Shown here piece by piece: positions 52,823 to 64,000 of a stretch of 64,000 nucleotides of DNA. Numbering within the stretch: position 1 is the stretch's first letter; every line of letters starts with the position of its first letter. The position numbers and the translations under genes are program-made. The notes under the pieces were generated by a model. That model saw nothing but the letters and a program-made list of their open reading frames with translations. It made no database searches and was not told the DNA's origin. Origin of the DNA: the human T2T-CHM13v2.0 reference genome, Homo sapiens; NCBI RefSeq assembly GCF_009914755.1, contig NC_060935.1, one strand, 5' to 3'.

Positions 52823-53060
52823 ATGCAACACTCTGCCCCGGCTCCTTTCACCTGCGCCACCTCCCTCTCCTTGTCTTGTGTCAGCTCCCCCTTCTCAGCC
52901 AGTCCTCCTCCCGTGGGCTGTCTAGAGCTGGATCTTGACCTCTCCTCGCTCCTGCTATCTGGGTGTGTCCCTTAGGTGCCACAACTTGAATGACCAAATT
53001 CACGATGGCTGCCACATCTGTGTCCTCAGCCCCAATTTCTCCCTGAACGCGACATTCTTA

Positions 53061-54112
<1,052 letters not shown>

Positions 54113-54390
54113 CATAAAGAAGATTAAATGATCGTATTTATTTAATTACCTACCTGTTTGCTGTCTGTCTCCTCGCCACTGGGATGTGAGACGTGCAGTC
54201 AGGGCCCATGTCTGAACGCACAATGCCAGTCCCATGTCTACAGGGGTACCTGGTACAGACTGATGATCCCCACACACTTGTTCACTGACTGAGATGATAA
54301 CAGCAGACAGGGCAGCAGCTATTTCTGGCCTATGCATTTTCAGATGAGAAGTGGAGAGTCCCAAATAGGTTGGTAGGTTGCAGAGCTGGG

Positions 54391-54465
54391 GCTCACACTT
54401 AGAACCGCTGACTCCCAGCCCAGTGCTCACACTTAGAACCGCTGACTCCCAGCCCAGTGCTCACA
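54391..54465. repeat. Perfect 34-bp tandem duplication (2.2 copies)
   Basis: gctcacacttagaaccgctgactcccagcccagt x2 + gctcaca. Confidence 0.95.
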
Positions 54466-57074
54466 TCAGCCTCAGGCTGCCGCTTCCTCTACTAAGAGCA
54501 GTGGTGCAAATGCAAATTCAAACAGTGCTTTTACAGACATTTTATTGGTATATTTGATTCCCAGAGTTCTAGGTTAGCCGGGGGAGGATTGTGATTTAAT
54601 TTAGTCAATAAGGAAACCTTGGCTCTCAGCAGTTCTGATCTTGCCAAGACCATATTCACTTTAGGCACCAGGCTTCAGGCTTCCGTGGACCAAGCAGCCA
54701 TTCTGACTTCTGCCCTGGCCTTTTGGAAGTAAGAAGAAGAGATTCACAGGTCAGAGAGGAAGAGAAATAGAGAAATGGTTCCCAGGACTTCCTCATCCTC
54801 CTAGAACATGGGAGGTCCCAGGCTGGGCAAGGGGCAGGGTAAGGAGCTTGTACTTTGTGGGCCATAGGCCGTGGCCCATGAGAGGCCCCCGTGTGTGGGG
54901 ACAGAGTCATGGGGAGGGTCAGAAGCTGGAGTCTGGGCTCATTTGTGGCCAGAGCAGACCTCAGCGTCTCTGGACCTTGGCTGCCCAGTGTCTGCACTCA
55001 GGCCTGACCTCACTTCCTTGTCCTGGGCTTCTAGCCTGTCCCTCTCCCTCCTCCCCACCTCTCAAGCCCTGCAGAGACAGCTCAAAGGCTTCCCCAGACT
55101 GGAGCCTGGCCACTTGGCCGGGACCACCCGGTACCCACCTCCCTGGTGACAAAGCCTGCCCTGGTCCCTGACCTGAACGGGGACAGCTGGGAGGAGAAGA
55201 GACGCTCGAGGCTGCAGCTTTTACTCTCTGGAATGGAGACCTGCCCTGGGAGATTTTTCTAGGACTCCCAGATCCCTCTTTCCAGACACAAGGGGTCCCC
55301 AAGATTGGAAGCCTTACAGCCTCCTCATCAGAACCAGCTGCTTTCCGACCAGCCCTGGGAGAGGGTCTTACAGGCTCTGAATGCAGCATGCCTGCCCTGC
55401 CTGGGAGCGGCACAGCCTGCACAGAGTGCTCCACACAGGAGAGCCACTGCCACTCCCCAGCGTGGTGACGCCACATGCCAGAGACTTGGGATGTTCTCCT
55501 AGACACCAAATCTGTACACCAAGGGCTATTACCAGGTGAAGAGGGAGCATGCCAGCCTTCCATTCGGATTGGAAGGTAGAGCCTAAAGGTATGTAGCACA
55601 CATTCTCTAACAAAAAAGAAATACTTTCTATATGCATATACTGTAATTAAAAATGGCAGAATAATTATTCTTTGGTTACTAATGACAAGGAAAAATATAT
55701 AACTTAAAGCAAAATAAGTTATACAATACTTTGGTTCAATAAATTTATTTCTTAGAATCCTGAACAGTTACCAATCAGAGTATGGTTTGCATGGTAGGAA
55801 AAGTACAAATTCACCTGCAGTGTTATCCTGGGGATGGAATCTCCTGGGAGCACCTACAGAGTCCCAGAGCCTGGTGCCCCTAAGCTCAGGTGCTGTGGGG
55901 AGCTTTATTTGAGTTTCATTTACGTAAGAGTCCCTGGGACTCTCAGAAGGGGCCCTCTCACTAGGGCTGGGCTGTCAGAAGCACCGGATTTAGCTCTTGC
56001 AATGCTCACCCCCAACTCCTGCCACATCTTTGACTTTCATTTGCAAAATAAAAAACTATTTTTCTGCTCCAGGAGGTTTCAATCCAGCAGAAAAAAGAGA
56101 TTGTCAATTCCCAGCTTCACCTCCCGCTATGCCCCGCAACAAAAAAGGGAAGCAGTGACTCCCCGGGACAGCCTGATGCCATCAGGAGAGTTTTCTCTCT
56201 AGAAAGAGAGGCTTTCCTTCTTTATCATTTATATGAAATTGATACGACATTATTTGAGCAATTAAGTTCCATTTGCAGCGTCAAGTTCAACCCAAGGCTG
56301 TTCTAAACGTGTCCATCCCATTTCCCCAGAAGCCATCAATAAAATAACACCTGGCTGGATGAACATTTGCCATTTCCATTCTGCGCTGCTGTTCCCTCCT
56401 TCCCACATGCCTGACTTGCTGTGTGTCCACATGTGGTGGATAGACCCCCAACTCTGTTGCCCCCTACTCAGTTTTAAGTCCCCTCTATCTCTGTGGCCAC
56501 TCTGGGGGCTCCACAGCACTGGCTGTACTCCAGTGAGGGCGGCAGAGCCCCAGCTTGTTTTCGGAGAGATGCTGTGTCTAGAATCTCTAGGCAAGCTCTG
56601 TTTCCACCACAGGAAGAACAAAAGTCATGGTGCCGCTCTGCAGCGGGGAGGGTGGGTGACGTTCCTAGTCCTGGAGCTCAGCTGGGATTTGGGACCCACT
56701 GTGGGCTTCGTAACATTAGATCCACGGACCTCACCTTGGGTGAGATGAGACATACGTACCCCTATTTTAAAAATAAAATAAAATCCATCGGTGATTCTGC
56801 CGCACAGTCAAAATTGAAAAGCACTGGAGCATCACTTGGACAACTGGTCAGATCGGAGGATGTGCGTCAAGGAGAGAAGACCACATCCAAGTTGACTCAT
56901 GGAGCCGCTTGAAGAAAAAGGCAGGGAGCTGTGAATCTGGTTTTGCCTATGAACAAGGAGTCAACAATGTCGGCTTTCTATATTGCAAAATTTTCCCAGC
57001 ATATACATATTTATGTTTGGATAAGGGCAGGACCCAGAGTAACTGAAAGGTTAATTAATTATGCCTCCATGTGC

Positions 57075-57121
57075 CATTAGAATTAACACTGCACAGTCAT
57101 TAGAATTAACACTGCACAGTC
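57075..57121. repeat. Perfect 23-bp tandem duplication
   Basis: cattagaattaacactgcacagt x2. Confidence 0.95.
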
Positions 57122-59147
57122 CCAGCGTCCCAGGAGTTGTAAGTTACACTGGACGCGTGCTATGCAGTCCCTCCACGTGCAATGCCTGGTGGCATCTGGA
57201 GCTCATCTTTAGCTTTATCTGCCACTCAGCTTTCTTTGCATTGCTTAAAATGAACTACTTTATTATATTTATTTTGATCACCGACAATTTTGTGAATTGG
57301 ACAGCTGCTTCCCAGTGGAATCTAAGTCCTCGAAACTGAAGTCTGCCATTTACACTGGGACTTCCTGCCTCCGTTCTGCATGTCCTGTGGGCCATCGATC
57401 CAGGGCACAGACAGCCTTCAGGAGTTGACTCAAGACCACTCTGTTTCTTTCCTAATTAGGGCTAGGGGTGTGCTCTGCAGCCTCTTTCTCCACATTCCAG
57501 TGCAGCTGAGTGAGTGCCTAGAGCCAGGCAGGCCCTTTACTGGTCCTGTTCTGTGAGGAGTCCCAATCACCCACAATGTCATTCATAGGGATCCCCCACA
57601 CCCGGGGACAGGGACCTCGGGTGTGAGGAGGCTCCCTGAGCCCCTGAGCCACTGAGGAATCAGTCAGGGAGCTAAGGTGTCCCACAGACACACTGGGACA
57701 GTGTAGGATGAGCTCCTGTCCCGCTGGGGGCAGGTCCTGTAAGCCTAGGGCAGAGGACTGGTGGGGATGAGGACCTCACTGCCCCTGTTGTGCTAAGATC
57801 AAGTTTGTCACCCTGCTACATCCTGAAAAAACAGAATTTGGACCTACTTGGGCAAAGCACAGAACCAACCTGTCCCTTTCCTTCCAACTGCATTCACTTT
57901 GAAGAGCCAAGAGACAGACGATGAGTAAGATGGGTTCAAATGCACTTCTCCTCCTGCAGACCTGTTCTCATTGCTGCCAGAACCCTGGCCTAGATGAGGG
58001 CAGCCTGTGGCCATTTATTTCTCCTCCTGCCTCTAAAGGGGTCACTCTGTCTCCTGTTGTAGATCTTCTCCTGGGGGGAAACTGAAAGCTGTCTTTATTA
58101 TACCCTGCAGAGCCTCAATCTGCTCTTCTTTAAGACTCCCTTTTTTGTCTGATCTGAGTTTATTTTGCTTCAGTTTAAATCTGCTTTGTCCGGTCCCACA
58201 CGCACCAAGACTAATAACAGGAGGTGAGCATCTTGTCCCCCTCTTACGGTCATCTTCAATATGCTTATGCCTCATGGGTGCCATTTAGCCTGACTCCCCA
58301 TGTTCAACACAACACTAAATATTTTAAACATCTGGTCAGCGAGGTTCAAGGTTCAAGAAGAGATCCCCCAAGTCCAGTCTGTTATTAGTACTGCCATGTC
58401 CTGCAACTGAGGTCAGTTGAAAACTGCAACTAGCCAGTCCAGATGAACTATGAATGTCTCAGACCCTTCCGGAATGAAAGTTTGTGTCCCCTGCCAGGTA
58501 GAGGACTGAGGACCACGGCCAGCCAAGATGCCTGCAGAGGAGAAAGGGAATATGGGTTGGGGGTGGAAGACGTGATCAGGAAGGCCAGCAACAACTCGAG
58601 ACCTGTAAAAGAGCCGAGGGCGGCAAGCGTGGGAGCATTTCATCCTTCTTCTGTTGAGACTGTGTTCTGTGGGAAAAGAATACTTAGCTTCTAAAGTCAG
58701 TTTTTAAATTTTCTAAAACACCTTTGCATTTATTTTCTTGTTTAATCCAAAATAAGTGACTGAGGCAAGAGTCTCAATCAACTGAGCTCTATTCAGCCAC
58801 AGCTGAGGGCACACCCAGGAAACACCAGCCACGGTTGTGTGTGTGACTGAGGCTCGGTGTTCATGCATTTCCTCTTAAGCGGGGAAGACGCCTAGGGAGA
58901 GCAGTGAAGGCAGAAGAATGGGTCATCTCGTCAGTTTCATACCTGGGAAGATGAGCATCATCAGTGCGGAATGGAAAAGACTTTAGTTTTAGGAGCAGGG
59001 GCTTGGATTGCAGACCTGAAGTTGCCATTGACATGTCCTTGTTTGATGGGAGGATGTACATCTTGAAACAGTTCCAGGCCAGCAAAGAACAGTTTGTGGG
59101 GGCAGTCACCCAGAGACGCCAGAGGTCTTTGCTTTTCTGTGGGGTTT

Positions 59148-60659
59148 TGTTACAAGATAAAGTGTCCATGTTCTTGGAGTGTTGACCCAAGAACCGAACA
59201 AAATGCACACACAAAGTAACAAAAGAATGAAGCAATGAAAGACAAAGCAACAGAAGAACGGAGCGACAAAAGCACAGATTTATTGAGGATAATTCACAGA
59301 GCGGGAGCCGGCTCGAGCAAGCAGTCAAGAGCCTCCTTAATTAGGGTTTTTACTAAGCTCGAGGAACCTGGCAACACCCCTCCGTGCCCTTTAGAGGCCT
59401 CCAATTGGCTACACCCCATGAAGGATTGGCCTGCGACCCGTCAGAGGCTGCAGTGGAGACCCAGCTTGCAGTCCATCAGAGGCTGCAGTGGAGACCCAGC
59501 TTGCAGTCCATCAGAGGCTGGAGTGGAGACCCAGCTTGCAGTCCATCAGAGGCTGCAGTGGAGACCCAGCTTGCAGTCCATCAGAGGCTGCAGTGGAGAC
59601 CCAGCTTGCAGCCCATCAGAGGCTGGAGTGGAGACCCAACTTGCAGCCCATCAGAGGCTGCAGTGGAGACCCAGCTTGCAGTCCATCAGAGGCTGGAGTG
59701 GAGACCCAGCTTGCAGGCCATCAGAGGCTGCAGTGGAGACCCAGCTTGCAGTCCATCAGAGGCTGCAGTGGAGACCCAGCTTGCAGTCCATCAGAGGCTG
59801 CAGTGGAGACCCAGCTTGCAGTCCATCAGAGGCTGCAGTGGAGACCCAGCTTGCAGCCCATCAGAGGCTGGAGTGGAGACCCAACTTGCAGCCCATCAGA
59901 GGCTGCAGTGGAGACCCAGCTTGCAGTCCATCAGAGGCTGCAGTGGAGACCCAGCTTGCAGGCCATCAGAGGCTGCAGTGGAGACCCAGCTTGCAGTCCA
60001 TCAGAGGCTGGAGTGGAGACCCAGCTTGCAGTCCATCAGAGGCTGCAGTGGAGACCCAGCTTGTAGTCCATCAGAGGCTGCAGTGGAGACCCAGCTTGCA
60101 GTCCATCAGAGGCTGGAGTGGAGACCCAGCTTGCAGTCCATCAGAGGCTGCAGTGGAGACCCAGCTTGCAGGCCATCAGAGGCTGCAGTGGAGACCCAGC
60201 TTGCAGTCCATCAGAGGCTGGAGTGGAGACCCAGCTTGCAGTCCATCAGAGGCTGCAGTGGAGACCCAGCTTGCAGTCCATCAGAGGCTGCAGTGGAGAC
60301 CCAGCTTGCAGTCCATCAGAGGCTGGAGTGGAGACCCAGCTTGCAGTCCATCAGAGGCTGCAGTGGAGACCCAGCTTGCAGGCCATCAGAGGCTGCAGTG
60401 GAGACCCAGCTTGCAGTCCATCAGAGGCTGGAGTGGAGACCCAGCTTGCAGTCCATCAGAGGCTGCAGTGGAGACCCAGCTTGCAGTCCATCAGAGGCCA
60501 GAGTGGCTTGTTACCATGGGCGGGAGGACGTGGCCTCTATGCAGCCCCTACTGCTCTCCTATTTATACAAACTGGCGGCACCTGCTGTTCTTTTGCTTAT
60601 GTGAACTGGCTGCATATGCTGAACCCCCGTTTACTCTAACTCCCTGTTCTCCTGCCACA
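59148..60659 (-). mobile_element. MER51-like ERV1 solo LTR (nested) containing the 35-bp VNTR
   Basis: tgttac...gttcttggagtgttg...caaaatgcacacacaaag...gatttattga...ccctgttctcctgccaca; 4-bp TSD gttt at 59144-59147 and 60660-60663. Confidence 0.78.
59441..60498. repeat. 35-bp minisatellite, 30 copies, unit TCAGAGGCTGCAGTGGAGACCCAGCTTGCAGTCCA
   Basis: Read directly; variant markers recur at 245-bp (7-unit) and 210-bp (6-unit) intervals. Confidence 0.98.
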
Positions 60660-61584
60660 GTTTGTTGAGTGTGGAATGCTTGGACCCCAGCTTGTAAAGT
60701 AACCTTTGTTTCTTTGGGAAAATGCTGGTGGTGTTTTGTGACTCGGTCTCTAGAAGTTAGGGGTTCTGAGATTTCTTTTCATTTTCCTTTACACTCCTCA
60801 TGACCAAAGTGCTGAAAGAGGCAAGCACAATGATGTATTCACCTTATGTCATGGGAGGTCCCCGCTGTAGGGAGTAAGCTCTTTGCACAGTGACAGGAGG
60901 CTCATGACCGGTATGTTCCCAGGTCATGGACTTAGGGTCCTCAGTTGGTCTACTACCAGCACAGCTTGGGTTCTGCAGTCCTTCAGTCCCATAATGGGGA
61001 CCCAGCGGGGTCCTAGTTCTCTTCTGCCAGCCTGGAGCCCAGGACTGGTGGTGGAAAGGGTGCAAAGAGGAGAAAACATGTCCTCTGAATGCCTTCCCGT
61101 CATGATTTTCCAGCTAGCCTCCCGTGAATCTCAGCCCAGGGCTGCTGGCTCCCAGCCTGGCCCTGTCTTGCTTACCGTCTGTGTCTGTTCTCTGAAAAAT
61201 AGCATCCTTGCAGATGTGAAGCCTCAGTTATTCTGATCCCTACTGTTTCTCCAGCCTCTAGAGCAGTAGGCTTTCAGGAAACGGTGGAAGAGCGTTGATT
61301 GATGAAAGAATGGAGTGCTACTCACACAGAGAGGTTGTTTCTTATCGCCTGCCCCACAGCCTAGATGAGAATTGCCTGTGAGTCTCCCTCACAGCCCTGG
61401 TGACCCTCTTCAAGGCAAGGACTATCATTTCTAATTATATGTTTGTTTCACGTCCCTCCCCACCCTCCGCCCCAGGTGCAAAGTCCTTGGGGGCAGGCAC
61501 TGCCTCTCCTTTCTCTACCCTGTCCCCAGCATCATAAATGTGGATTGCTGGGCCAGCAGACTGCAGGGCTCAGGATGTGTTTGT

Positions 61585-61628
61585 GGAAGGAAGGAAGGAA
61601 GGAAGGAAGGAAGGAAGGAAGGAAGGAA
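61585..61628 (+). repeat. (GGAA)11 microsatellite
   Basis: Eleven consecutive GGAA counted. Confidence 0.95.
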
Positions 61629-62237
61629 GAAAGGAAGCAAAGAGGGAGGAAGGTGGAGGAGGGAGGACGGAAGAAGCTGTTAGATGTACCTTTGGCAGTC
61701 TCAAAAATCTCACATAGTAAATACTTTTGTTTCTGGAAATTGAACATGAAGGATGGGAGACGCCCCCAACACAGACAGTCATTTCACAGTGTCGACTTTT
61801 TGACAGCCTGAAGAAGTTTGCAACTCTTAGGTCCATAAGCTGTGAGACATGCCTTGGGCCCAGGAGAAGGACAGGGGAAGGTTCAGTGGTGTTTTGGGCT
61901 CTGTTTGGGAACGTTCCCTTGCAACACCGCAGCCTACCCATGCTCCGGCTCTTCAAGCGCTCAGGTTCCAGGCTTTGCCAGCTGCTTCAGAGGAAGACAA
62001 CAGCAACTGACTGCCTTTCTTTCTGGTTTCACCTTTCAAAGCACAGAATTTATTTTCAAGATCTCACTCCTTAAGTGCAAGTTTGAAGATGGAGGAAAGG
62101 AGCTGTGCGTACAGAGTGGGGAGTTTCTCACACTGCCTTTCACAGGCTGCGCTCCCTGAGGTAACACAAGGAACATCCTTGAGACAGTCTCTGTGTGCAG
62201 TCAAAATACATAAAAGGCGGTGGCAGTGCAGAATGCA

Positions 62238-62365
62238 CTGTGCATGCACGTGCACACATACATAGGCACACAGATGCACTCATACACATGTGCATGCAGG
62301 TACACATATGCATGCACTACACATATACCCGCATGCACACACGTATGCAAGCATCATGCACATAC
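62238..62365. repeat. CA/TG-rich, largely alternating purine-pyrimidine low-complexity tract
   Basis: gtgcatgcacgtgcacacatacat...gcatgcacacacgtatgca. Confidence 0.8.
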
Positions 62366-62992
62366 CATACCCAGAGACACAGAGCATTGAATGCTCTTAA
62401 TTCAATGCCCAGAGACACAGAGAGATGAAATGATGGGTCTGGGAGAGTGTGGGAGTTTGGCAGAGTGTCAGTTTGGAAAAAACGAAGGGGTTCAGTAACT
62501 GTGAGGTAGCAGGAAGCCAGATCTGGAAGGGATGAGAATCCTGCCAGGACGCTTGGGAGGCCAGTGGACAGGACACAATGGCTTCTCTGTCCAAACAGAC
62601 ACATCCAGGACATGCTGACCCATCAATCAGACAGCCTCGCCCTCCCAAGACCCACATAAGGGCTGTGCTAATTTCAGTGCATCTTTGTCTAAGCCTGACC
62701 CAGAGGAGGCCGTGTCCATGCCTCAGCACAGAGGCCAGCCCATCTTCTGCTCAGGACCTCTGTTCAGCCTCTCCTACTCCCTCTCCCTGGGATGCTCAGT
62801 GTCTCCAGGCCCAGGTGGGACATCACTGCCCAGCGCCTGACACCAACGCCGCCAAACACAATCTCAGACCCACTTTCTTATTCCACAGGCACAACAAACC
62901 AGCAATGAAAGAAATTAGACCTATTCAGTGTCAATACAATGACCTTATCATTTGATGTCTCTTTTTTTTTTTCAGTAAAATTGAGTGTGGAA

Positions 62993-63603
62993 TGTAAACC
63001 AAAAATAAAACTCTAAGGTTCCCCAGTTATCTGAATAGAATTCTTCCTAGGCCAGGGCCCTCTTAAAATTTAACCTGAGAGACTGGTTCAGGCCATGACA
63101 GGGAGTGGGGGTTGGACCTGCCTCATTATACTCTCCAGCATTAAAATCGACACAGACCATAAGTCTGATAAGAAACACTTATAATCTATTCTCTCTAAAG
63201 CCTACTACCTGAAGCCTTCATCTTCATAATAAGAACTTTGACCTCCATAATTCCTTATCTTAACTCAGACATTTCCTTTCTATTGATCGCAGGTCTTTAC
63301 ATAAACTTAACCAATAGCCAGTCAGAAAATTTTTAAATCTACCCATAACCTGGACCCCCGCCACCACCCACGCCCCCGCCCTCCCCACACTTCACCTTCC
63401 TTGACCAAACCAATGTACTTCTTAAATGTGTGTGATTGAAGTCTCATGTCTCCCTAAAATGCATAAAACCAAGCCACACCCCTACCACCTTGAGCACATG
63501 TTCTCAAGATCTCCTGAGGGCTGTGTCATGGGCCATGGTCACTCCTATATGGTTCAGAAAGAATCTCTTCAAATATTTTAGAATTTGGTTCTTTTCATCA
63601 ACG
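62993..63603 (+). mobile_element. MER4-family ERV1 solo LTR (MER4B/D-like)
   Basis: Starts tgtaaaccaaaaataaaactctaagg; contains aagtctgataagaaaca; ends atctcttcaaatattttag...cttttcatcaac. Confidence 0.88.
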
Positions 63604-64000
63604 GGACTAAACAGAATTGACAGCTGAGGTTTGGCAATGGAGCTGGAGAAGTGTATGTGCAAAAAAAAGAGAAAGTGGTACAAATTGTATAATATGAAAG
63701 ACTTTTCTTTATAGGCACAAAAGATAAAACCATACATTTAGTTCAATGTGTAATCATTTGTGCAGTCTAGAGATTTAATATTGAGGCTGAAAATGAGCAT
63801 GTCAATCCCAGGCCTTGCTGTGTATTTTTCATAATTTATTTAATAAAATAATATTTTTAAAATCACTCATATTATATTCATCTATAACAAACATAATGAG
63901 ATTGGTAGAGAGTCATTCAAGTAACATGGGAGATAGATTTTTATTATAAGATTTTGATGCCATTTTAGAACAAAAGGAAGAGAGAGGACAGAGAACACAA

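Larger units (their letters stand above)
58739..60792 (-). mobile_element. ERV1 MER4-group LTR (outer), split by a nested LTR
   Basis: aagtgactgaggcaagagtctcaatcaa...; ends gggttctgagatttcttttcattttcctttaca (reverse complement tgtaaaggaaaatgaaa...). Subfamily uncertain. Confidence 0.6.

Noticed and set aside
59235-60668. 477-aa and 406-aa ORFs as real genes
   Set aside because: They lie in an LTR plus 35-bp VNTR; the unit is not a multiple of three and several frames are open.

Overview
Primate, almost certainly human, non-coding genomic DNA. It carries five Alus, L1M/L2/MIR fragments, MaLR/ERVL/ERV1 LTRs and hAT/Tigger DNA-transposon relics. I find no supportable protein-coding gene, RNA gene or CRISPR array. 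The long ORFs in the track are stop-poor read-throughs of tandem repeats. The dominant feature is a high minisatellite load (about 10 kb, ~15% of the window): units of 36 bp x~100, 40 bp x~64, 57/60 bp x9, 47 bp x4, 46 bp x5, 26 bp x33, 25 bp x39 and 35 bp x30, plus several two-copy micro-duplications. This density is typical of subtelomeric, high-recombination DNA; I cannot name the locus. Most arrays appear to be seeded inside old mobile elements. The 40-bp array is a tandem amplification of a hAT (MER30-family) transposon end plus 8 bp of flank, with a full-length homologue 5.1 kb downstream. The 35-bp array is an amplified LTR internal repeat, and the 36-bp array sits in a probable L2. The 26-bp array lies in a retrocopy-like 3'UTR and repeats a ZBTB18/TWIST-type E-box in every unit. 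Other points of note are a twin-primed 5'-inverted L1, patches of AT->GC drift inside repeats, and a CTCF/AP-1/GC-box cluster near 16.3 kb. Repeat family names come from my recall of consensus sequences, not from a search. I do not see a new gene system; the best candidates for novelty are the TE-derived motif arrays.
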